From contig DAIQOR010000001.1 in the NCBI GenBank assembly GCA_036787775.1, positions 30,521 to 94,520 on the forward strand: a DNA stretch of 64,000 nucleotides. The letters run 5' to 3'. Every line of letters starts with the position of its first letter. Position 1 is the stretch's first letter. Shown here one piece after another: positions 56,021-64,000 of this stretch. The notes below the pieces were generated by a model that made no database searches, had not been told where the DNA came from, and was given only the letters and a program-made list of their open reading frames with translations. This DNA is from a bacterium. Lineage in GTDB: Archaea > Nanobdellota > Nanobdellia > Pacearchaeales > GW2011-AR1. A program made the position numbers and the translations under genes.

Positions 56021-57448
56021 TTAGAAAAAACTCAAAGCCCAAAACACCATCAACACCAACAACAAAAACAAAAACAAATAAGTCATAAACCCAAATACTT
56101 TCTTAGCAAATTTTTCTTTTCCTGTAATTCCCCAAATTGTTAAATAGAAGAACCTTCCTCCGTCGAAAATTCCAACAGGCAACATATTAACCAAAGCAAC
56201 ACTCACACTAATCAAAACAACCCACCAAAGCAAATTATAAATAAACAAACCAACATTCCCAATCTTAGATTGATAATAAACATTACTATCTTTGAAAGAA
56301 GCCATAAGCATGTAAAGTTTCCCTGCAATGCCTGTTCTTGTTTTGTCCGAAAATCCAACTCCTAACCACGCGTAACCTTCCTCGCCAGGATGCTCGGTCA
56401 ATTCAATTTGATATTCCAAATTTTTCTCCCCATCAAAAGTAATTATCTCAACAACATCTCCAGGAGATTTCTGTTCCAACTCATATTTCAAACTTTCAAT
56501 TCCAGTCATAGCAACTCCGTCAATGCTCAATATTGCTCCCTCCAGATTATTTCTCAACGCAGGCGAATCATAAAATAGCATCATATACTCCTCGCTGTTT
56601 TGCCCTTTCAAGAAATCCGTCTCGGCAACAAAATAAAATCCAGAAACTCCAATCTCATTCAAACCTCCATTCATCAAAGCCATCGCTTCAGAATAAGAAG
56701 GATTATCTAACGGAATTCCATTCACCATTGAAATATCTCCAACGCCCACAACTGCATAAGGATAAGTATCAAACACAACACCTGCAGGAGCAAAAGCCAT
56801 AGAAAAGAAAAGCCACAACGTCGCGAAACCAATTATTGCAGTAATCACATTAGCAAAAGTCCCAGCAGACAAAACCGCCAACTGACCAAACTTACTTTTC
56901 TTCGCCATCTGCTCTTCATCTAATTCAACAAAAGCCGCTAAGAACACAGGAAGGAAAAAAGGAAAAAATCCAAAACCAGTTTTCTTTATTCTAACTTTAT
57001 TATAAGCCGCAAAAATTCCGTGAGCAAACTCGTGAGTAATCGCAATCACAGCCAAGATTACAATCCAATAGAAAAAATAAAACGGCGGCAAAAAATTCAA
57101 GTGAAACATTTGCGGAAGATAAGGAATCAACGGCATAATCGGCGGAACTTTCACCGCACTAACCACGTCGGGTCTAAATAAATAAATTTTAATAATTGTG
57201 TAGAAAAAATAAATCATCGTCGCCATAAGGCAATAACCAATTCCAATAGAAACATAACTAAAAAATTTCAAAGTTCGTTTGTATTTATTACCAATATAAT
57301 CAATTAATTTTATTCCCCAACTCGTTTTATACAAAAGCAACCAGCCCTCTTTCTTAATATTCTGCTTACCTCGATATAAAAATATAGAAACGAAAATAGC
57401 AAAAGCTATTAGCAAACCTATGTCATAAAATATAAAACTCATTTTCAC
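56021..57448 (-). CDS. Site-2 protease (M50 family, RseP-like) with PDZ
   Basis: HExxH in TM (ITHEFAHGIF), C-terminal NLLPVGIFDGG (LDG motif), central PDZ-like segment. Confidence 0.75.
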   Translation of the reverse strand: MKMSFIFYDIGLLIAFAIFVSIFLYRGKQNIKKEGWLLLYKTSWGIKLIDYIGNKYKRTLKFFSYVSIGIGYCLMATMIYFFYTIIKIYLFRPDVVSAVKVPPIMPLIPYLPQMFHLNFLPPFYFFYWIVILAVIAITHEFAHGIFAAYNKVRIKKTGFGFFPFFLPVFLAAFVELDEEQMAKKSKFGQLAVLSAGTFANVITAIIGFATLWLFFSMAFAPAGVVFDTYPYAVVGVGDISMVNGIPLDNPSYSEAMALMNGGLNEIGVSGFYFVAETDFLKGQNSEEYMMLFYDSPALRNNLEGAILSIDGVAMTGIESLKYELEQKSPGDVVEIITFDGEKNLEYQIELTEHPGEEGYAWLGVGFSDKTRTGIAGKLYMLMASFKDSNVYYQSKIGNVGLFIYNLLWWVVLISVSVALVNMLPVGIFDGGRFFYLTIWGITGKEKFAKKVFGFMTYLFLFLLLVLMVFWALSFF

Positions 57449-57613
57449 CTATTTTTTCTTCAAGGGTCTAAACGCCTTCTTTCCACATTTTCGGCATTTA
57501 ACTTTTCCTTCAAGAATTTTAAGCGGACGCGATCTAATTTTACTCCGACAATTTTTACAAACGAAAACATTCTTAAACATTCTGTTTATTGCTTCTTGTA
57601 TTCTGGTTGACAT
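57449..57613 (-). CDS. rpl40e: Ribosomal protein eL40 (L40e), 54 aa, not in ORF track
   Basis: Manual translation MSTRIQEAINRMFKNVFVCKNCRSKIRSRPLKILEGKVKCRKCGKKAFRPLKKK; C4 zinc ribbon. Confidence 0.75.
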   Translation of the reverse strand: MSTRIQEAINRMFKNVFVCKNCRSKIRSRPLKILEGKVKCRKCGKKAFRPLKKK

Positions 57614-57652
57614 AATTAGATTAGAAAAAATTATCTTTTAAACCTTTCTCTC

Positions 57653-58045
57653 TTACAATCTTCGCTTAACAATCTTAGTTCCTTCAACATCCCAATATTC
57701 GCAATTTCCACTTTCTTCAAGAGTATCAAAAACTTCTTGCTCCGGAACTAAAATCTCCAAAGTCTCGAAAGTTTCTAAATCCATAACATTCGCTCTCCCT
57801 TCAGTTTTAGAAAGAACTTGGCCTTTTCTCTTATCAACAATTGGAACTTCCAACCTATCGTGCCCAGGAATAACAAAAACTTTTTTAGAACCACTTATCA
57901 ACGGCATAGCCTCGATTCGGCACTTCGCGTGACCATGTTTTCCAGTCTTAGAAACATCCATACTTTTCACAACACAAGGTGTTCCATCAACAATAATATT
58001 TGTGCCCACCTTTGCATCTGTCGCGCTGATAATTTTTAAAACCAT
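57653..58045 (-). CDS. eif5a: Translation initiation factor 5A (aIF-5A)
   Basis: Hypusine loop SKTGKHGHAKCRIE; start set to internal ATG (MVLKIISATDAK). Confidence 0.85.
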   Translation of the reverse strand: MVLKIISATDAKVGTNIIVDGTPCVVKSMDVSKTGKHGHAKCRIEAMPLISGSKKVFVIPGHDRLEVPIVDKRKGQVLSKTEGRANVMDLETFETLEILVPEQEVFDTLEESGNCEYWDVEGTKIVKRRL

Positions 58046-58102
58046 ATATTCTTTAAAAAAGATATGTTTATAAAAGTTTTTGATTACAATTTTGGATAAC
58101 AA

Positions 58103-58774
58103 ATGGCACTAAATAAAAAAGATTTCATTGAAATAGAATTCACAGCGAGGGTAAGAGACACTCAAGAAGTTTTCGATTCAAATATAAAGAAAGATTTAGA
58201 GAACTCAAATTTAGAAACAGACACAAAACCTTTCATTTTTGCATTAGGGGAAAACATGTTTCTAAAAGGTGTAGAAGATTTTTTACTCGGAAAAGAAATT
58301 GGAAAATATAAAATTGACTTGGAACCAGAACAAGCTTTCGGAAAAAGGGATTCAAGATTAGTTCAAATTGTTCCAATGAAAGTTTTCAGACAACAAAATG
58401 TTCGACCAATTCAAGGTGCAATGTTCAACTTCGACGGCAGAATCGCAAAAATACTCTCGGTTTCAGGTGGAAGAGTAATAGTGGACTTCAATAACCCCGT
58501 ATCAGGAAAAGCTGTAACATATGAAGTAAATGTTTTAAGAAAAATAGAAGACCTCAACGAAAAAATAAAATCTTTCATTCAATTCATTTTCCGAAGAGAC
58601 CTAAAATTCGAATTAAAAGAAAAAGAACTAATTCTTGAAGTAGAAAAAGAAATGAGACAATTTGTAGAACTATTCGCGGAAAAATTCAAAGACATATTTG
58701 GAGTTACTATGACTGTAAAAGAAGTTGGAAAAGAAATCAATGAAATTTCCAAAGAAGTTAATTTACCACAATAA
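58103..58774 (+). CDS. FKBP-type peptidyl-prolyl cis-trans isomerase (long archaeal type)
   Basis: FKBP core (DFIEIEFTARV...VFDSN...FIFALGENMFLKGVEDFLLGKEIG, VIVDFNNPVSGKAVTYEVNV) plus C-terminal helical domain. Confidence 0.65.
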   Translation: MALNKKDFIEIEFTARVRDTQEVFDSNIKKDLENSNLETDTKPFIFALGENMFLKGVEDFLLGKEIGKYKIDLEPEQAFGKRDSRLVQIVPMKVFRQQNVRPIQGAMFNFDGRIAKILSVSGGRVIVDFNNPVSGKAVTYEVNVLRKIEDLNEKIKSFIQFIFRRDLKFELKEKELILEVEKEMRQFVELFAEKFKDIFGVTMTVKEVGKEINEISKEVNLPQ

Positions 58775-58870
58775 TCCTTTATTCAAATTGGAACAATTTG
58801 AAGAAACGAAGTTTCGAGTATTATTATGTATCATAATAATCCTTAAAAAGAAAGATGGAGTATTTTTATA

Positions 58871-59992
58871 ATGAATGAGATGTATAGTCAAAGTGGTGAA
58901 GATTCTATGAGAGAATATGATTCAGATGTTTCATCGGACGTTAAAGCAATTGATAGAGAACTTGAAGAACTTCTAAAAAAACAATCCGCAAAAATAAAAG
59001 TTGTAGGTGTTGGTGGAGGAGGAAATAATTCTTTAGGAAGAATGAGGGAGATAGGAATAAAAGGCGGAGAGTTAATCGCAGTAAACACCGACGCCCAAGA
59101 TTTACTTTATACAAACGCGGACCAGAAAATTTTAATCGGAAAAGAATTAACTTCAGGTTTAGGTGCAGGAAGTAATCCCTCTGTAGGTAGAGAGGCAGCA
59201 AAAGAATCAGCTTCTGAAATAAAAAAGAAATTAAACGGAGCCGACATGGTTTTCATAACTTGTGGTTTAGGTGGAGGAACAGGTACAGGAGCCGCGCCAG
59301 AAATAGCAAAGATAGCAAAAAAACAAGGAGCATTAACAATCGGAGTCGTAACATTACCTTTCACAATTGAAGGAAGAAAAAGAATCGAAAACGCAATGGA
59401 AGGTTTAGAAAGAATGGAAGCAAACGTCGACACTTTAATTGTAATTCCCAACGACAAATTATTGGAACTTGCACCAGAATTACCTCTGCACACAGCTTTC
59501 AAAATATCTGACGAGATTTTAACAAACGCAGTAAAAGGAGTCACAGAATTGGTAACAACTCCAGGTTTAGTAAACTTAGATTTTGCAGACATAAGAGCAG
59601 TAATGGTCGACGGAGGAGTTTCTTTAATTGGAATGGGCGAGTCAGATACCGCGAACCGAGCTTTGGACGCAGTAGAAAAAGCAATAGACAATCCTTTATT
59701 AGACGTCGACATTTCAGGAGCAACAGGCGCGTTAGTAAATATTATCGGCGGAGCCGACATGAGCCTTGACGAATGTAAAGTTGTAATGGAAACCGTAGGA
59801 AACAGATTAAGCCCGAACGCAAAAATGATTTGGGGAGCAAAAATTTCTCCAGATATGGAAAAATCAATCAGAGTTTTATTAATTGTTACTGGAGTTAAAA
59901 GTTCTCAAATCCTCGGACACGGAGAATCAATGAAAGACATAAAACATCGCGAAATCGAGGACGAATTGGGAATTGAATTTTTTGAACAATGA
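58871..59992 (+). CDS. ftsZ: Cell division GTPase FtsZ
   Basis: Tubulin signature GVGGGGNN and GLGGGTGTGAAP; 373 aa. Confidence 0.9.
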   Translation: MNEMYSQSGEDSMREYDSDVSSDVKAIDRELEELLKKQSAKIKVVGVGGGGNNSLGRMREIGIKGGELIAVNTDAQDLLYTNADQKILIGKELTSGLGAGSNPSVGREAAKESASEIKKKLNGADMVFITCGLGGGTGTGAAPEIAKIAKKQGALTIGVVTLPFTIEGRKRIENAMEGLERMEANVDTLIVIPNDKLLELAPELPLHTAFKISDEILTNAVKGVTELVTTPGLVNLDFADIRAVMVDGGVSLIGMGESDTANRALDAVEKAIDNPLLDVDISGATGALVNIIGGADMSLDECKVVMETVGNRLSPNAKMIWGAKISPDMEKSIRVLLIVTGVKSSQILGHGESMKDIKHREIEDELGIEFFEQ

Positions 59993-60441
59993 GAATTGAA
60001 AAACAAAATGATTTAGAATTTTTAATAGCATTAGATAATAAATTAATGAAATCAGAATCAGTGAGGGCACCTCAACCGAACATGTCTTCGAGAGTTGTTG
60101 ATAGAATAATTAAATTTAGAGATTATAGAAGAGATGTAGAAATTACAAATGATGAACTCCAAAGAGTTTTCGAAGTTGTTAGACGGAACAATGAATTAAT
60201 TCTCTATCCTCACCACAATAGATTTATGTTTAATCCAATGTATAGTGTTGGAGAAATACTAAACACACTTCCAGGAATGCCCGTCGAAACTGAGACAAGA
60301 TTATCTATTCACGCAAATCAACTTCCACAAGAATATAATTTTAAAAGAATGTCAGAACAATTTATGAATCCAGAAAATTTAAGGAGAGCAGAATTTGCAG
60401 GAATTAAGATTGAGAATAGAGAATCCAAATATTCTTATTAA
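59989..60441 (+). CDS. Hypothetical protein translationally coupled to ftsZ (150 aa)
   Basis: 4-nt ATGA overlap with ftsZ stop. Confidence 0.35.
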   Translation: MRIEKQNDLEFLIALDNKLMKSESVRAPQPNMSSRVVDRIIKFRDYRRDVEITNDELQRVFEVVRRNNELILYPHHNRFMFNPMYSVGEILNTLPGMPVETETRLSIHANQLPQEYNFKRMSEQFMNPENLRRAEFAGIKIENRESKYSY

Positions 60442-60477
60442 CAAATATTTTAAAAACCCCTCATCCATATTAATTCT

Positions 60478-60654
60478 ATGAAAGTTTGGACGTCAACAAA
60501 ATCATTTTTAGTAAAATGCAAAAGAGTGTGGCACATTTTGAAAAAGCCGTCGAGAAAAGAATTTGAGCAAATTACAAAAGTCTCAGCAATCGGAATTTTA
60601 CTTTTGGGTGCCTTCGGTTTCTTAATTTCAATAATTATGAAGATGTTCTTCTAA
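60478..60654 (+). CDS. secE: Protein translocase subunit SecE (Sec61 gamma), 58 aa, not in ORF track
   Basis: Manual translation MKVWTSTKSFLVKCKRVWHILKKPSRKEFEQITKVSAIGILLLGAFGFLISIIMKMFF; amphipathic N-term + single C-terminal TM. Confidence 0.7.
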   Translation: MKVWTSTKSFLVKCKRVWHILKKPSRKEFEQITKVSAIGILLLGAFGFLISIIMKMFF

Positions 60655-61004
60655 GAAGTTTTATATTTATCTAAAATATCTTTAAATGATTCTCTCGTCA
60701 TATATTCTCGTAATGCATTTATAATGGGAAGGATTAATTCCTTTTGGGGAAATTCCTTTCTTTCCATCAAATAAACTATTTCTTCCAAGTCTTCATCAAA
60801 GTTTGGTCCGTGAATGTCCACACTTGCACAAGGAGAAAGTGTATAACCCAACCCGCCTATATCTTCCTGTCGGTAAATATCCCCCATAATTTTTCTCAAA
60901 AGATTTCTTTTTTTAACAACTTCTTTTCGATTCCAGTTTGTAAGCACGCCTAATTCGTCAACAACCAATTTCAAAACAATAGCGCCATTACTAACCATCT
61001 TCAT
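60651..61004 (-). CDS. Hypothetical protein (117 aa)
   Basis: ORF only; convergent 4-nt overlap with secE. Confidence 0.3.
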   Translation of the reverse strand: MKMVSNGAIVLKLVVDELGVLTNWNRKEVVKKRNLLRKIMGDIYRQEDIGGLGYTLSPCASVDIHGPNFDEDLEEIVYLMERKEFPQKELILPIINALREYMTRESFKDILDKYKTS

Positions 61005-61114
61005 TCGAAATAAAACTAATTTATATAATTTTAGATGTTTTCAGATAATTTTATAAACCATCAATTTTAAATAATACTATCTACTTCTTAGATTTTAAGG
61101 GTAGAGCGAACAAG

Positions 61115-61576
61115 ATGATATTTATCATAAAAGTAATAACAAACAAAGAAGAGCGAGCAGTCGACATGATCAGCGAGAGAGCTCAGAAAAAAGGAATAAA
61201 TATTTTTTCAGTTTCACGACCGCACGGACTTCGAGGATACATTCTTTTAGAAGCTGAAGACCGAGACTCGGCAGAAGAAGCAGTTTTCAATTTACCTTAC
61301 ATCAAAGGAATTATCGGAAAGACAATCGCCTACGAAGAAGTTAAAAACATGCTCGAACCTTCTGTTGCTGCAATCTCAATCAAGGAAGGTGACATCGTAG
61401 AATTAATCGCCGAACCTTTTAAAAAGGAGAAAGCAAAAGTAGTAAGAATAGACAAACAAAAAGAAGAAGTTGTTGTGTCTTTATTAGGAGCAGTTGTTCC
61501 ATTACCAGTAACGGTAAAAATCGACAATGTTAAAGTAATCCGAAGAGATGAATTAGGAGACGAAAATGATAATTAA
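61115..61576 (+). CDS. nusG: Transcription elongation factor Spt5 (NusG) NGN+KOW
   Basis: NGN domain then KOW (IKEGDIVELIAEPFKKEKAKVVRI). Confidence 0.8.
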   Translation: MIFIIKVITNKEERAVDMISERAQKKGINIFSVSRPHGLRGYILLEAEDRDSAEEAVFNLPYIKGIIGKTIAYEEVKNMLEPSVAAISIKEGDIVELIAEPFKKEKAKVVRIDKQKEEVVVSLLGAVVPLPVTVKIDNVKVIRRDELGDENDN

Positions 61577-62207
61577 AATTTTAGCAGACGGTGGAAACAT
61601 GGCGCCAGGGCCAGCATTAAGTCAAAAGTTGGGACCAGCAGGAATTCCAATACCGCAAGTTATTCAAAGAGTTAACGAAGCAACAAAAAATTTCAAGGGA
61701 ATGAAAGTTCCAATAGAATTAGATGTAAACCCGTCGACAAAAACATTCGAAGTAAGAGTTTTCTCCCCACCAGTTTCGGAATTAGTAAAAAGCGAATTAA
61801 AAATTACCAAAGGTTCTGGAAGGCAAGGAACTTTTTATGTAGGCAACGCATCAATTGAACAAGTAATATCAGTAGCAAGAATAAAATTACCAAATTTACT
61901 TTGCAACAATTTGAAAACAGCAGTAAAGAACGTCGCTGGAACTTGTCAAAGTTTAGGAGTTTTAGTTGAAAATAAACCTGCGAAAGAAATTGAAGAAGAA
62001 ATAGATTCAGGAAAATACGATAAACAAATAAACGAAGAGATTACAGAAACTCCAGAAGAAAAGAAAAAAGAATTAGAAGAATATTTCACAAAGATTAAAA
62101 CTCAACAGGACAACCTTCTTAAACAAGAACAAGTAGCTAAAAAAGTTGCGGACGAGAAGGCAAGTAAAAAAGCTGAAAAGGTTTCAGCACCTGCTCCAAA
62201 GAAATAG
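61566..62207 (+). CDS. rpl11: Ribosomal protein uL11 with about 70-aa Lys/Glu-rich C-terminal extension
   Basis: ILADGGNMAPGPALSQKLGPAGIPIPQV... L11 N-domain; 213 aa. Confidence 0.85.
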   Translation: MIIKILADGGNMAPGPALSQKLGPAGIPIPQVIQRVNEATKNFKGMKVPIELDVNPSTKTFEVRVFSPPVSELVKSELKITKGSGRQGTFYVGNASIEQVISVARIKLPNLLCNNLKTAVKNVAGTCQSLGVLVENKPAKEIEEEIDSGKYDKQINEEITETPEEKKKELEEYFTKIKTQQDNLLKQEQVAKKVADEKASKKAEKVSAPAPKK

Positions 62208-62217
62208 TTTTATAAAT
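62208..62217 (+). promoter_or_regulatory. Candidate TATA box TTTTATAAAT about 28 nt upstream of tRNA-Pro
   Basis: Position and sequence consistent with archaeal TATA/BRE spacing. Confidence 0.4.
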
Positions 62218-62240
62218 TACTATTGCTCTCTTTTTCATAA

Positions 62241-62313
62241 GGGGATATGGGGTAGCCTGGTAGCCTTTCAGGTTTGGGACCTGACGACCCCGGTTCAAAT
62301 CCGGGTATCCCCA
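62241..62313 (+). tRNA. tRNA-Pro (anticodon UGG)
   Basis: Hand fold: acceptor GGGGAUA/UAUCCCC, D-loop AGCCUGGUA, anticodon stem UCAGG/CCUGA loop UUUGGGA, T-arm CCGGUUCAAAUCCGG; no encoded CCA. Confidence 0.75.
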
Positions 62314-62329
62314 CTTTACATTCGAGAAA

Positions 62330-62548
62330 ATGACAACAAAAACAAAAAAAGCAAAAGCATCAGGAAGATTTGGAGCAAGATACGGTGGAACAGTAAGAGC
62401 AAGATTATCTAAAGTAGAAGAAAAACAAAGAGTAAAACAAAAATGTCCGTTCTGCGAAAGACCTGGAGCAAAAAGAGTTTCAAAAGGAATTTGGGAATGT
62501 TCAAAATGTAATAAAAAATTCGCCTCGAGCGTTTACCATCTAGATTAA
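62330..62548 (+). CDS. rpl37ae: Ribosomal protein eL43 (L37ae), C4 zinc finger
   Basis: CPFCERPGAKRVSKGIWECSKCNKKFA. Confidence 0.85.
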   Translation: MTTKTKKAKASGRFGARYGGTVRARLSKVEEKQRVKQKCPFCERPGAKRVSKGIWECSKCNKKFASSVYHLD

Positions 62549-62549
62549 A

Positions 62550-62687
62550 ATGACAAAATATAAATGTTTCAAATGTGGAAAGCCAATCAAGAACACTGAT
62601 TTGGACAAAAGATTCGTCTGCCCTTTTTGTGGTAGTAAAATTTTCTACAAACCACGAACAAAAGTAAAAATATTAAAGGCAGAGTAA
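62550..62687 (+). CDS. rpoP: DNA-directed RNA polymerase subunit Rpo12 (RpoP), 45 aa, not in ORF track
   Basis: Manual translation MTKYKCFKCGKPIKNTDLDKRFVCPFCGSKIFYKPRTKVKILKAE; CxxC-x15-CxxC; conserved L37ae-RpoP-PfdB neighbourhood. Confidence 0.7.
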   Translation: MTKYKCFKCGKPIKNTDLDKRFVCPFCGSKIFYKPRTKVKILKAE

Positions 62688-62688
62688 A

Positions 62689-63018
62689 ATGGATTCTAAC
62701 AATAATACTTTTCAAGAAATGCAAATGGTAGAACAAAGTTTGCAAAACATTCTTTACCAGAAGCAAGCTTTCCAAATGGAACTTTCTGAAACTGAATCAG
62801 CGTTGACAGAAATTGAAAAATCTGGCGACGAGGTTTTCAAAATTGTTGGACAATTAATGATTAAATCTGACAAAATAAAAATAAAAAAAGAATTAAAAGA
62901 CAAACAAAAAATTATTCAAACAAGATTAAACGCGATGGATTCTCAAGAAAAAACTCTAACTAAAGAGTTGGAAACTTTAAGAAACGAGATATTTAAATCT
63001 CAAACGAAGAAGAAATAA
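62689..63018 (+). CDS. pfdB: Prefoldin beta subunit
   Basis: 109 aa coiled coil - hairpin - coiled coil; conserved location after rpl37ae/rpoP. Confidence 0.7.
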   Translation: MDSNNNTFQEMQMVEQSLQNILYQKQAFQMELSETESALTEIEKSGDEVFKIVGQLMIKSDKIKIKKELKDKQKIIQTRLNAMDSQEKTLTKELETLRNEIFKSQTKKK

Positions 63019-63079
63019 TATTTTAATACATACAATCTAACCCCGAAATCTTTATAAATATACCACATTTAAATTTACC

Positions 63080-63475
63080 ATGGTTTTCGATAAAATAAAA
63101 AAGGCGTTCTCCGATAAAGGAGATAAAGAGTTCACCGAAGAGTACTTGGAGATTGATTTAGGGCACGAAGAAAAAAGCAAAAAAGTTCTTGTAAAATTAT
63201 TCACATTAAAACAATATGATGATGTTAACGAAATTCTTAGTGCTTTAAGAGAAGGTTACACTATCGCAATAGTAGATATTCAAAATTTAAGAAAAAGAGA
63301 TTCAATCGAATTAAAAAGAGCAATTTCTAAAATAAAGAAAACAGCCGACGCTCTTGAAGGAAACATCGCAGGATTCGGCGAGAACACAGTTATAATCACA
63401 CCTTCTTTCGCAAAGATTGAAAAACAAGCTGAAAGGCCTGCAAACGACAGCCGAGACAAGTTCAACACTTACTAA
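63080..63475 (+). CDS. sepF: SepF-like (DUF552) FtsZ-anchoring cell division protein
   Basis: C-terminal SepF-like segment ...DDVNEILSALREGYTIAIVDIQNL...NTVIITPSFAKI; 131 aa; 3 kb from ftsZ. Confidence 0.5.
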   Translation: MVFDKIKKAFSDKGDKEFTEEYLEIDLGHEEKSKKVLVKLFTLKQYDDVNEILSALREGYTIAIVDIQNLRKRDSIELKRAISKIKKTADALEGNIAGFGENTVIITPSFAKIEKQAERPANDSRDKFNTY

Positions 63476-63540
63476 ATTCTAAAAATGGCTTTGCGTATAA
63501 ATTCAGAAATATTTAAATAATCTAAAAATTTATATTAATC

Positions 63541-63732
63541 ATGGCAGAAGTAATCCTCAAAGTAAATGTTCCAGAAGAATTTAAAGAAAAGTTTGAATTA
63601 TCATTGGAGAAAGCTATGAAACAATTTGTTCGAGAACTTGAGTTTGCTATGGCTGACGAAATTTTATCCAAAAGCAAATTAACTGACGAACAAATTAGCA
63701 AGTTAACAGATGGATTAAAATCAAACATCTGA
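63541..63732 (+). CDS. Putative antitoxin (63 aa) upstream of PIN gene
   Basis: Small helical acidic protein 5 nt upstream of PIN-domain ORF. Confidence 0.3.
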   Translation: MAEVILKVNVPEEFKEKFELSLEKAMKQFVRELEFAMADEILSKSKLTDEQISKLTDGLKSNI

Positions 63733-63737
63733 GAAAC

Positions 63738-64000
63738 ATGACAAATAATTCAAAATCATTAATTTTAGATGCGAATATTATTTTTTCCTTCTTTAAAAAA
63801 GATTCAATGAGAAGACAATTAATCAAGAAATTACTAAGGGATAATTATAAATTACTTTCTCCTGATTTTGTTTTAGAAGAAATACTAAATAACAAAGAGA
63901 AAATTAAAAAATTCTCACAAATATCTGAACCAGAATTTGCATTTTTATTTTACTTATTAAATAAAGAAATAATTACTCTCCCAAAATCTTCATATTCTAA
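63738..64000 (+). CDS. PIN-domain (VapC-like) protein, partial (runs off window end)
   Basis: N-terminal LILDANIIFSFF with conserved Asp typical of PIN. Confidence 0.45.
   Translation, partial: MTNNSKSLILDANIIFSFFKKDSMRRQLIKKLLRDNYKLLSPDFVLEEILNNKEKIKKFSQISEPEFAFLFYLLNKEIITLPKSSYS

Noticed and set aside
1-64000. CRISPR arrays, rRNA genes, transposases and integrases
   Set aside because: Scanned intergenic spaces (all under 420 nt) and repeats; found no direct-repeat/spacer periodicity, no rRNA-like GC-rich conserved stretches, and no transposase or integrase-like ORFs

Overview
This is an AT-rich (roughly 30% GC), very gene-dense archaeal window with frequent ATGA or 4-nt start/stop overlaps and several GTG/TTG-initiated ORFs. 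The style and content suggest a DPANN-like small-genome archaeon; this is inference. It contains four blocks.

(1) Positions 1-21.4 kb hold a large N-glycosylation (agl-type) locus. It ends in aglB (STT3, WWDYG motif), a GlcNAc-1-P transferase and a flippase. It also carries three GT2 genes, two GT4, two GT-C and a GT9-Nudix fusion, two sugar epimerases, a SAM methyltransferase, two cobalamin-binding radical-SAM enzymes, queC, a nucleoside-deoxyribosyltransferase-like gene and a 64-aa eIF5A-like mini-protein.

(2) Positions 21.4-43.4 kb hold housekeeping genes. An eIF2B-family gene and an AMP phosphorylase suggest the archaeal AMP-salvage pathway. They are followed by prefoldin alpha, a DUF106/YidC-like protein, SecY, a three-gene non-ribosomal insertion, the L15-to-L3 ribosomal supercluster (SUI1 sits where Rpp29 is normally found), and an AI-2E transporter.

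(3) Positions 43.4-47.2 kb hold a small accessory island ending at tRNA-Ser(UGA). It carries a TrmB-type regulator, a HEPN/MNT pair and an unknown two-gene operon.

(4) Positions 47.2-64 kb hold an XPD-like helicase and an inverted L1-P0-P1 module separated from SecE-NusG-L11. They also hold Taw1, an S2P protease, L40e, aIF5A, FKBP, FtsZ, SepF, tRNA-Pro, L37ae, RpoP, prefoldin beta and a partial VapBC-like pair.

The ORF track misses several short genes: L40e, SecE, RpoP, a 43-aa zinc ribbon upstream of aglB, and a 105-codon frame interrupted by an in-frame TGA. No rRNA or CRISPR array was seen.
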